Source of the DNA: an uncultured bacterium
GTDB taxonomy: Bacteria; Margulisbacteria; WOR-1; CAVSGV01
Direction of reading: 5' to 3'
NCBI GenBank assembly: GCA_963699255.1
Contig: OY969425.1
Location: forward strand, 870,001-902,000
Length of the DNA: 32,000 nt
Below are positions 16,411-23,976 of this stretch, one piece after another. Within the stretch, counting starts at the first letter, position 1. Every line of letters begins with the position of its first letter. Both the position numbers and the translations under genes were made by a program. Under the pieces are notes generated by a model, which ran no database searches, had not been told where the DNA came from, and saw only the letters and a list, made by a program, of their open reading frames with translations.

Positions 16411-16928
16411 TTTGGCGGAACCATGGAAAAAGCAACACAGAAATACAATGAGCAATCACTTGAGGAGGCTCAAGGAATGCCTTCATTCCGCTCTGGAAAC
16501 GCTCAGATTAAGCAGACAGACCAGCTTCGCCTGCCTTGGCCTTTGGCGGGCCCATCGTGGCAGGGAACGTTCCTCAAGAGCCACGAGTCGAACAATCTTT
16601 GTGACGGACAGCTTGTCCCGTCCAGCGTAGCGGGACAATGAGCTTCTTCTTTTCGAGGATCCCGAAAGCTTCTTTGGCTGTGTGAACAGCAATAACTTCA
16701 AGCTCTCAGCGTGTCTTCAACTCTTTGGGTCAGGTTCTTCTGTCTTCTGTTCGTGTTCATATCCAAAGTCATTGATCCTTTGTCTTTCTCTAATGCTAAT
16801 GAACAACAGCTATCAATCAACTGTACAAATGAATACGTATTATATTAATTAATAAATACCTAGTGCGCGCTTGGCCGCGCGCCTGCGCTCGTGCGTACGT
16901 GCCTGTGTACGCGTATCGTATATAGAGG

Positions 16929-16963
16929 GATACTGTGAAACTCCCCGGCTAAGTCACAGTATC
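16929..16963. other. perfect 10-bp stem hairpin (gatactgtga / tcacagtatc) with 15-nt loop
   Basis: Seen directly. It lies between an alternating purine-pyrimidine tract and IR-L. Confidence 0.5.
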
Positions 16964-17040
16964 GGTAGTCATAAGTGCTTCTTGCTCCCGTGGATAGTAT
17001 TAGGTAGAATTATCGAGAAAGTTCGAAGATGACTCGAGTT

Positions 17041-17210
17041 CCCAGTAATCTTATAGCTACAAACCTTAGCTAACCCCAATTTTTCATCGGCACCGGCTCC
17101 GTTTTTTTCTGGCTGGTCGGTTCGGCGGCCAAAAATGGGCGGGGGCATTTTTGGCCGCCGGTCATGCTCCGCACCGCCCGAAACACAAGCATTTGCGGCG
17201 GGCAGGCAAA
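17041..17210 (+). repeat. IR-L: left copy of a perfect 170-bp inverted repeat
   Basis: Checked block by block: identical to the reverse complement of 18789-18958. It contains a perfect 15-bp-stem hairpin, cggcggccaaaaatg/catttttggccgccg. Confidence 0.95.
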
Positions 17211-17274
17211 CCTATTGCCTCTATTGTCTCTTTTGAAAACGATTTTGGATGTTTGACTAACTTTATCAGCTTCT

Positions 17275-17511
17275 CTATTTAGTTAGTTTATCCATTGAAA
17301 GACCCAAAGCATCTGCTATAGCTTTTACCATTTCAATTCCCGGATTCTTGACCGATCCATTTTCAACCCTCATTAAATGGATTGAAGTAAATTTGCCGTC
17401 GCACTTATGAGCCAACTTTTCGCGTGACAATCCGGCCTTTTTACGGTATTTCTCTATATTCTTACCTAGGTTCATTAGTATTATTTTATCATCCTTCATA
17501 TATCTTGACAT
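17275..17511 (-). CDS. XRE-family HTH transcriptional regulator (78 aa)
   Basis: The HTH_3 pattern is LGKNIEKYRKKAGLSREKLAHKC...LMRVENG...P.IEMVKAIADALGLSMDKL. Confidence 0.75.
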   Translation of the reverse strand: MSRYMKDDKIILMNLGKNIEKYRKKAGLSREKLAHKCDGKFTSIHLMRVENGSVKNPGIEMVKAIADALGLSMDKLTK

Positions 17512-17532
17512 ATATACATATATGTATATACT
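17505..17532 (+). promoter_or_regulatory. candidate promoter TTGACA-16 nt-TATACT whose spacer and -10 overlap a perfect 20-bp palindrome (17511-17530)
   Basis: ttgaca is at 17505-17510, tatact at 17527-17532, and the palindrome is tatatacatatatgtatata. There is no SD before the ATG at 17540, which suggests a leaderless recombinase mRNA. Confidence 0.4.
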
Positions 17533-17539
17533 ATTCCCG

Positions 17540-19087
17540 ATGAAAATAAAAGTAGCCGTCTATACTAGAGTGTCTACCGACAACCAGGCCGAGCTTGAAT
17601 TCAATTCTTGCGAAGCTCAGGAAGCTAAGATTAACGCGTTTATCTCCAGTCAGGAGGGAATGGAAGTATTCAATGTCTATTCCGATCCCGGCTATAGCGG
17701 GGCGAATCTTAACCGCCCCGCTATGTCAGAACTGCTTGCCGACATTGAACAGGGCAAAATCGATATTGTCATATCTTACAAGATCGACAGGCTTACAAGG
17801 TCGCCAAAGGATTTCTATCACCTGATAGAGATATTCGACGGGCATAATGTATCATTTATCTCCGTAACCGAACGATTCGACACCTCTACTCCATCCGGAC
17901 GGCTCCTCAGGAATATCATGCTTACCTTTGCCCAGTTCGAGCGTGAGTTGACTAGCGAGAGGACAAGTGATAAAGCCCTCGAACGGGCAAAGAAAGGGCT
18001 TTATGGCGGCGGTGTTCGCCCTTTTGGCTATGTAAGGGCGAACAAGAAAATTATTGCGGAGCCGACCGAAGCCGCTATCATCCGAAGGATTTTCGAAACT
18101 TATATCAGGACGACGTCATTATTCAAGACTTACGAAGCCTTAAAGGCGGCTGGAATACGAAAAGGAAATAATCGCGTGTTTACTAAAGGCGACTTATTCA
18201 ACCTGCTTAGAAAACCCGTCTATGCAGGAAAGATATTGCATAATGGCACGATTTATCAGGGCATACATGAGCCGATTATCAGCGAAGAACAGTTCGAGCA
18301 AGCCCAAACGATTCATCGACATAAACTGGTCCCAAAGTGGCACCCTGCTAAGCCATTCCTTTTCCCCGGCCTCGTTAAGTGTAAGGAATGCGGCTCGACC
18401 ATGACCACAACCTTTACCAACAAGATCAAACTGAAAAAGAGGAAAAGGTATTATTACTACAATTGCACTTCAGTCTTCAAGAAAGACTGGTCAGCTTGCT
18501 CGACCAAGCTTGTCAGCGCGACTAGGCTTGAAGACTTCATCATTGAAAACTTTGAACGTATATCTCTCGATAATCTATATCTTGAAGGTTTGTGTCTTAA
18601 GCACAAAAGTATGGCCTCTGGCCACGAACAGGGATTCGAACTTTTGGATATTAAACCTGAGGGCATTAAAGAAACTCTCGTAAATGTAGTAGAAAAAGCT
18701 ACATCTAAAGAAGCTATAAACAAATCCCTGGCTTTAAGAAATTACATACAGAGCATAATTTATTCAAAAGAGTCAATAGAGATAAAGCTTTGCCTGCCCG
18801 CCGCAAATGCTTGTGTTTCGGGCGGTGCGGAGCATGACCGGCGGCCAAAAATGCCCCCGCCCATTTTTGGCCGCCGAACCGACCAGCCAGAAAAAAACGG
18901 AGCCGGTGCCGATGAAAAATTGGGGTTAGCTAAGGTTTGTAGCTATAAGATTACTGGGGGACAGGGATTCGAACCCCGATACGCAGCTCCAGAGGCTGCA
19001 GTCCTACCGTTAGACGATCCCCCAAAGCCGAACTATATCCTGTCAAATATTTTCTTTAAGACTCTTCTGCCTGTGGTAGACTTATAA
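17540..19087 (+). CDS. large serine recombinase; conserved part ends about 18788, and the ORF then runs without a stop through IR-R, the tRNA and antisense GIY-YIG
   Basis: The catalytic region reads KVAVYTRVSTDNQ, followed by SYKIDRLTRS, a recombinase domain, a zinc ribbon (CKECGST...YYYYNC), a coiled-coil region and an ESIEIKL-type end. The approx 100-aa tail beyond 18788 is probably not native. Confidence 0.8.
   Translation: MKIKVAVYTRVSTDNQAELEFNSCEAQEAKINAFISSQEGMEVFNVYSDPGYSGANLNRPAMSELLADIEQGKIDIVISYKIDRLTRSPKDFYHLIEIFDGHNVSFISVTERFDTSTPSGRLLRNIMLTFAQFERELTSERTSDKALERAKKGLYGGGVRPFGYVRANKKIIAEPTEAAIIRRIFETYIRTTSLFKTYEALKAAGIRKGNNRVFTKGDLFNLLRKPVYAGKILHNGTIYQGIHEPIISEEQFEQAQTIHRHKLVPKWHPAKPFLFPGLVKCKECGSTMTTTFTNKIKLKKRKRYYYYNCTSVFKKDWSACSTKLVSATRLEDFIIENFERISLDNLYLEGLCLKHKSMASGHEQGFELLDIKPEGIKETLVNVVEKATSKEAINKSLALRNYIQSIIYSKESIEIKLCLPAANACVSGGAEHDRRPKMPPPIFGRRTDQPEKNGAGADEKLGLAKVCSYKITGGQGFEPRYAAPEAAVLPLDDPPKPNYILSNIFFKTLLPVVDL
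18789..18958 (-). repeat. IR-R: right copy of the perfect 170-bp inverted repeat
   Basis: It is the reverse complement of 17041-17210. Its outer 5 nt (cccag) overlap the 3' end of tRNA-Gln. Confidence 0.95.
18954..19024 (-). tRNA. tRNA-Gln (anticodon CUG), no encoded CCA
   Basis: Folded manually. The acceptor stem is UGGGGGA/UCCCCCA, the D arm GUCU/GGAC, the anticodon arm GCAGC-CUCUGGA-GCUGC and the T arm CGGGG-UUCGAAU-CCCUG. Confidence 0.85.
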
Positions 19088-19287
19088 TACTTTTCTCTCT
19101 TACGCGCTTCATTAAAACTATCAAACTCTTCAAGACAAACTAGTTCCCATGGCATATATCTTTTCGTATAAAAATGTTTTCCAGAATTATGCTCTCTCAA
19201 CCTTCTATTAATATCATTGGTTACTCCAACATAACTCTTTGAGGTGATTTTACTCTTAAGAACATATACTTTATATTCCACATTCAT
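19033..19287 (-). CDS. small GIY-YIG nuclease-family protein (UPF0213/YhbQ-like, 84 aa)
   Basis: The sequence reads YKVYVLKS...SYVGVTNDINRRLREHNSG...NEARKREKYYKS. The stop lies 8 nt upstream of the tRNA-Gln 5' end. Confidence 0.8.
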   Translation of the reverse strand: MNVEYKVYVLKSKITSKSYVGVTNDINRRLREHNSGKHFYTKRYMPWELVCLEEFDSFNEARKREKYYKSTTGRRVLKKIFDRI

Positions 19288-19291
19288 AACT

Positions 19292-19355
19292 CCAGAGTCA
19301 GCAGTCCTACTCGCCTCGCTTCGCTCGTCGAAGCGGGCCGTTAGACGATCCCCCA
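19292..19355 (-). pseudogene. diverged duplicate of the tRNA-Gln 5' half (positions 1 to about 39) with a 27-nt hairpin insertion in the D loop
   Basis: An 18-nt stretch, tgggggatcgtctaacgg, is identical to the tRNA. After the insert, taggactgctgactctggag matches taggactgcagcctctggag at 17/20. Confidence 0.65.
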
Positions 19356-19467
19356 ACGCTTCGACTCGCTTTCGCTCGCTCAGCGTAATGACAAATTACC
19401 AATGACAAATTCCAAATTGGGTATTGAAGGATTGGAAATTAATTTGGAATTGAAAATTGGTAATTGA

Positions 19468-19719
19468 TCATTTTGCCGCTGGCCACCATGGCGGTATCCA
19501 CCACTGCGGCTGGAATATCAGAATGAAAAGACCATAAAGCACGATGAAGATCGAAAGTCCTATGAAAATCTTGAACTGCCAGGACATCGGTTCCTTCCAT
19601 CTCTTTACCATCCAATAGGAAAAACCTAGAGCTGCTAGGCCGGCAATGATCACCGTGATCCCTTTAAAGACCGGATTGCTGTATGTATAGATGAAAAAAC
19701 TTACGCCTTTCGGTTCCAT
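19468..19719 (-). CDS. small hydrophobic membrane protein (83 aa)
   Basis: It has three predicted TM segments and a W/P-rich C-terminus. It lies downstream of ftsZ on the same strand. Confidence 0.45.
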   Translation of the reverse strand: MEPKGVSFFIYTYSNPVFKGITVIIAGLAALGFSYWMVKRWKEPMSWQFKIFIGLSIFIVLYGLFILIFQPQWWIPPWWPAAK

Positions 19720-19774
19720 AGTTAGGGAATTATATCACAAGAAGATGCCATTACAAACAAGTTGAAATGTTTAT

Positions 19775-20842
19775 TTATATGTTCTTTAGAAATGCGGGGA
19801 GTTCTATTTTTTCCTTGGGCTGGACCATCTCGGGCCTTATTTTGGCCCTTATCGCGGATTCCTCGGTCCCCGTCTCTTTTTCCAGATGCTTGAAACCGGT
19901 GGCGATCACTGTGATCACAACCTCTCCCTGGAGTTTCTCATCGATCACAGCGCCAAATATGATGTTCGCCTCAGGGTCGACCGCGTTATATATCACTTCT
20001 GCGGCGTCGTTCACTTCATAAAGCGTCAGGTCGCTTCCTCCCGTGACATTGAACACCACGCCTTTTGCTCCGTTTATGGTTTCTTCCAGGAGCGGGCTTG
20101 ATATCGCCTGTTCCGCGGCCTCCACCGCCCTGTTCTCTCCTGAAGCCGTGCCGATCCCCATCATCGCGGACCCGGCGTCGAACATGATCGTCCTTATGTC
20201 CGCAAAATCAAGATTGATCAATCCAGGTATCGTTATCAGGTCTGATATGCCTTTTACCCCGTGACGCAGAACATCATCGGCTATTCTGAATGCGTCAATG
20301 ATGGAGGTGCGCTTCTCAACGACCTGCAGGAGTTTGTCGTTCGGAATGACTATGAGGGCGTCAACTTTTTCCCTCAAAAGCACTACGCCGCTTTCTGCCT
20401 GCGAGATCCTTACCGGGCCCTCGAACCTGAACGGCTTTGTCACAACGCCGACGGTTAAAGCTCCAAGCTCCCTCGCGACCTCGGCGATTATTGGAGAGGC
20501 CCCCGTTCCGGTCCCGCCGCCCATGCCGGCGGTCAGGAAAACCATATCGGCATCTGCGAGCGCTTGTTTGATCTCTTCGCGGGATTCTTCGGCGGCTTTC
20601 TGCCCTATCTCAGGATTTGATCCAGCGCCGAGCCCCTTGGTCAATTTTCCGCCTATGGAGAGTTTGTGGTCCGCGAGTGATACTGATAAAGCCTGGATGT
20701 CCGTGTTTACAGCCCAAAATTCAACGCCTCTAAGTCCCGAGCCTATCATCCTGTTAACGGCGTTCGTCCCGCCGCCGCCTATTCCCATTACTTTTATTGT
20801 CGCGAAGGTTTTTGTGCCCTCGGCAGCATCAACATTATTCAC
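19775..20842 (-). CDS. ftsZ: cell division protein FtsZ
   Basis: Motifs: [26 protein letters not shown]7 loop NLDFADIRT, and the C-terminal peptide [10 protein letters not shown]. Confidence 0.95.
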   Translation of the reverse strand: MNNVDAAEGTKTFATIKVMGIGGGGTNAVNRMIGSGLRGVEFWAVNTDIQALSVSLADHKLSIGGKLTKGLGAGSNPEIGQKAAEESREEIKQALADADMVFLTAGMGGGTGTGASPIIAEVARELGALTVGVVTKPFRFEGPVRISQAESGVVLLREKVDALIVIPNDKLLQVVEKRTSIIDAFRIADDVLRHGVKGISDLITIPGLINLDFADIRTIMFDAGSAMMGIGTASGENRAVEAAEQAISSPLLEETINGAKGVVFNVTGGSDLTLYEVNDAAEVIYNAVDPEANIIFGAVIDEKLQGEVVITVIATGFKHLEKETGTEESAIRAKIRPEMVQPKEKIELPAFLKNI

Positions 20843-20931
20843 CTGATTATGCCCCCAATTAAATCATCCTTGGAGCCCTGTAAGCCGTTAATATAACAGA
20901 TTTCGCGGGAAAAGCAAGCGGTTTTCGGCGA

Positions 20932-21708
20932 TCATTTATATTTAATAACTGGACTGTCCGGGACCCTTACATCTATATAATCCAACTTTGTCCACTTGCC
21001 TTTTACCGAACCAAGCATGGCCTTAACGATCATTATTTTCTTTTCCATGTCCCTCGGATCCCCGATCTTCACCTTCAGGATATCTTCAATATATATTATT
21101 ATGTCTTCCCTGTTGCCCGCTTCTATCTGTATCGTCCCAAGATCGATGAATTTTGACAGCATGTTCAGCGCAGCTCTGACAAATGCCCTGTCGCCGGAAT
21201 TAAGCCTGATCCCGCCCTCAAGGGACCCTTTATTGATCCCTCTTATGACCGGAAGCTTAGCGATATCAGATCTGTACACGGAAGAAGTCAGGCTTTGCTT
21301 GGCAATAATGTATCCTTCGTCATCAATTAAAGAAGCAACTCCTCCGATCACCGCCAAGGCGAAAGGAGTCCTTTCCTTAACGTCAATAACGATGGTGTGG
21401 GGCAGCTCCCATTTTACATTGATATCCTTGATCTGGACAACATTTGAATACTGTTTTTTAACTTTATCAAGATCGATCAGAAAGATGTTCTCTCCCTGAG
21501 GTATCTTGGCCGCATTGACGATCTTCGCCTCGGATATATAATTATTGCCGACAACCCGGACGGATGTTACCCTCCAGATGGGGAGAGACAGGATAAATCC
21601 GGCCAGTATGGAAACAAGGATCAGCGTCAGTGCGGTCCATACCGCGTACCATTCGACCAGCTTCTTCAGGTTCCTTGGTCTTGTTCTTTCCTTTTTAACG
21701 GGGGGCAT
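20932..21708 (-). CDS. ftsQ: cell division protein FtsQ (POTRA domain)
   Basis: There is one N-terminal TM helix and a POTRA-like segment (VRVVGNNYISEAKIVNAA). Its position between ddl and ftsZ fits. Confidence 0.8.
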   Translation of the reverse strand: MPPVKKERTRPRNLKKLVEWYAVWTALTLILVSILAGFILSLPIWRVTSVRVVGNNYISEAKIVNAAKIPQGENIFLIDLDKVKKQYSNVVQIKDINVKWELPHTIVIDVKERTPFALAVIGGVASLIDDEGYIIAKQSLTSSVYRSDIAKLPVIRGINKGSLEGGIRLNSGDRAFVRAALNMLSKFIDLGTIQIEAGNREDIIIYIEDILKVKIGDPRDMEKKIMIVKAMLGSVKGKWTKLDYIDVRVPDSPVIKYK

Positions 21709-21711
21709 TTT

Positions 21712-22653
21712 CTAGCAGGCGCTCTCAAGTATCTTTAATACGAGCTCGTCAAAAGAAATCCCCGCATACTGAGCCTCGGCCGGAAGATCGGAGGCTTGCG
21801 TCATGCCGGGAATAGTGTTCACCTCGTGGACATAGGGCGTATGGTCCCCGCTGACGATGATATCCACTCTTGAAACCCCGTGGCATCCAAGGGCTTTGTG
21901 CGCCCGCAGAGCTGTTTCCTGAGTATATTTATAAAGTTCTTTAGGCAGCTTCGCCGGAAGAATGAAATCCGTTCCGCCGGCCGTATACTTTGCCTTGTAA
22001 TCGTAAAATTCCGCTTTTGGCTTCAGTTCGAGAATGGGAAGCGCCGTCAGATCGAATCCACTTCCCAAAATTCCAACTGTTACTTCTTTGCCCTTTATGT
22101 ACTCTTCGATGAAAACATCCTTGAATGTTTCCACGGTTTCCGACAGAACTTTCTCGAGCTTTTCCTCATCTTTCACGATCGATACTCCAAGGCTTGATCC
22201 TTCGGAGGTGGGTTTTACGACAAGAGGGAAAGGGAATATCCTTTTTATCTTTTCACATTGTTTTTCAATGCTAGCATCCGGATCGATCGTCAAATACTGA
22301 GGCGTGGGGATGCCCATCGCCTGAAATATCCTTTTTGCGGCGACCTTATTCATCGCGAGCGCGGAAGCAAGTATCCTTGATCCGGTATAAGGGATGCCGA
22401 AGTGCTCAAGCAGCCCCTGGACGGTGCCGTCCTCGCCGTATCTCCCGTGAAGCATTATATACGCGATGTCGATCTTGTTCTTTTTCAGGTTTTCGATGAG
22501 CTTTTCGTCCGAATCAAGCGATATGGCCTTAAATCCCTGATCTTTAAGGGAATTCAAGACCCTCTTGCCGCTCCTTAAGGATACTTCCCTCTCGCCCGAC
22601 CTGCCGCCCATTATGACGGCGATCTTTTTGCTTTTTAGTTTTGTCCTGTCCAT
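21712..22653 (-). CDS. ddl: D-alanine--D-alanine ligase
   Basis: The start reads IAVIMGGRSGEREVSLRSG, followed by ATP-grasp motifs (PLVVKPTSEGSSLGVSIV, VHEVNTIPGMT). Confidence 0.9.
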   Translation of the reverse strand: MDRTKLKSKKIAVIMGGRSGEREVSLRSGKRVLNSLKDQGFKAISLDSDEKLIENLKKNKIDIAYIMLHGRYGEDGTVQGLLEHFGIPYTGSRILASALAMNKVAAKRIFQAMGIPTPQYLTIDPDASIEKQCEKIKRIFPFPLVVKPTSEGSSLGVSIVKDEEKLEKVLSETVETFKDVFIEEYIKGKEVTVGILGSGFDLTALPILELKPKAEFYDYKAKYTAGGTDFILPAKLPKELYKYTQETALRAHKALGCHGVSRVDIIVSGDHTPYVHEVNTIPGMTQASDLPAEAQYAGISFDELVLKILESAC

Positions 22654-22681
22654 AAGTAAAATAATATCATCAAAGCCAAAG

Positions 22682-23557
22682 TTAGTCTATGACCGTAACA
22701 TCATACTTATTTATCAGTTTCACAGGGTGATACGACAGCTTCGCCCTCCTGAGCCCCCCGTCTCCCATGTCCTGCTCCCTGTTAATATATGTTAAATGAG
22801 TCCACTCGTTCTTTATGAAATGCTGATTTATGTACTGGGAAAGCCCGTCTATTTCATGATTCGCGACCTCGATATAGATGACCGCGGTATCAGGATTCAA
22901 CATCTCCCCTATCGTGAAAGCTTCTATCTTCCCGTTTATTTTCACGGCAGCGCCTTCGACGCTAAGAAAAGACAGGTTGTTCAAGGCCTCTTTTATCGGC
23001 TCATCAAAGCATACTCCGGTGGTCTTTCTCTTGCCCCACTTGTCCAGCAGCTTCAAGCAATCAGGGACCATATCCGCGGTCAGCTTTTGATATATCGGGA
23101 TATTGTTCTTTAAAAAACGCTTTATGATATTCCTTTTCCCGTCATACTTCTTTCCTTTCAGCGCCACCAGATCAACGGTCCGGTAAAGATAGTCAAAATC
23201 GTTCCTGGCGGGTTCTATCCTGTACCCGCTCTTTCCCTCAAAATGAGCTTTCACGAATTTCTCAGAAACTCTGCTGAACCTGGGGACGTGGGACAGGCAC
23301 GTCTTGATAGTTTCTTCGATCCGGTTGTCGCCCAGAGGCTCGAAGAAATAAGGGGGCTCATTGTCCGGCCTTGCGACAACGCAGATATTCCCGTTGATCG
23401 CGGTTACCTGGGACCTGTCGCAGTCCCTCCATATATAAAAGTTCGTAAAAGTAAGCTCCGAGGTCTCCTGGGGATGTTTTGAGAAGTGTGATTCGAATGA
23501 TCCCCTGTCCGCTAAGGCGATCTTCCTGAAGTCGGGGAACGACGGGACTCCGGTCAT
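22682..23557 (-). CDS. DUF2156 (phosphatidylglycerol lysyltransferase C-terminal-like) domain protein
   Basis: The pattern is TFTNFYIWR...FDYLYRTVDLVALKGKKYDGKRNIIKRF. Confidence 0.7.
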   Translation of the reverse strand: MTGVPSFPDFRKIALADRGSFESHFSKHPQETSELTFTNFYIWRDCDRSQVTAINGNICVVARPDNEPPYFFEPLGDNRIEETIKTCLSHVPRFSRVSEKFVKAHFEGKSGYRIEPARNDFDYLYRTVDLVALKGKKYDGKRNIIKRFLKNNIPIYQKLTADMVPDCLKLLDKWGKRKTTGVCFDEPIKEALNNLSFLSVEGAAVKINGKIEAFTIGEMLNPDTAVIYIEVANHEIDGLSQYINQHFIKNEWTHLTYINREQDMGDGGLRRAKLSYHPVKLINKYDVTVID

Positions 23558-23976
23558 TTAACTTTTTTCACCATGGTCGTGCAGAGCTTTTTGTCGCAGC
23601 CCTTGCACCAGGACCTGTTCTTTTTCATGGCTTTTGGCACTTCTTGCGCTATCTTAAACCCCAGTTTTTCATAAAAAGCGGGGCTTGTGGTGTTCAGGTA
23701 CGTGTCATACTTCGCCTTATTGGCTATCTTTTCCACAATAAAGCTGCCGATACCGCATTCCCTCCAGCCGTCCTTTACGCCAAGGTTGGACAGCTCGTGT
23801 ATCCTGTGTTTTTTATGGGTTTTGAACTTCGCGACTGCGACCAGGTTCTCGCCCCTGTAAGCAACGATGAAATCATCATATCTCAGACGCGGGGTGAAAA
23901 GGTCGGTCTCCTTGATGAATTTCATGACCGGGGCTTTGTCCTCTTTTTTCGCTTTCCGGATGTCGAGATCTATCAT
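23554..23976 (-). CDS. GNAT-family N-acetyltransferase with C-terminal Cys motif
   Basis: SD aaagaggag precedes the ATG at 23976. The core reads RECGIGSFIVEKIANKA...FYEKLGF. The tail is CKGCDKKLC. Its stop overlaps the DUF2156 start as ATGA. Confidence 0.65.
   Translation of the reverse strand: MIDLDIRKAKKEDKAPVMKFIKETDLFTPRLRYDDFIVAYRGENLVAVAKFKTHKKHRIHELSNLGVKDGWRECGIGSFIVEKIANKAKYDTYLNTTSPAFYEKLGFKIAQEVPKAMKKNRSWCKGCDKKLCTTMVKKVK

Noticed and set aside
16078-16701. Short overlapping ORFs (62-85 aa) on both strands
   Set aside because: They have no SD sequences, overlap one another and are built from GC-hairpin repeats. I treated the tract as non-coding or decayed sequence.
18789-19087. 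The approx 100-aa C-terminal tail of the serine recombinase ORF as genuine coding sequence
   Set aside because: It reads through the inverted repeat, the tRNA-Gln gene and antisense GIY-YIG. It is most likely read-through caused by loss or replacement of the native stop.
18954-19356. Group I intron (with GIY-YIG homing endonuclease) inside tRNA-Gln
   Set aside because: The downstream tRNA copy is complete, with its own 5' half. The approx 330-bp interval is almost entirely ORF, leaving no room for an intron ribozyme core.
19391-19467. AT-rich imperfect palindrome made of aattgg/ccaatt words between the 83-aa gene and the tRNA-like fragment
   Set aside because: It is low-complexity and only loosely self-complementary. 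It could be a terminator or promoter region, but I could not define convincing elements.
20298-20846. 182-aa plus-strand ORF and other plus-strand ORFs over 19767-20458
   Set aside because: They are antisense to ftsZ. They are low-complexity shadow ORFs typical of GC-richer genes.
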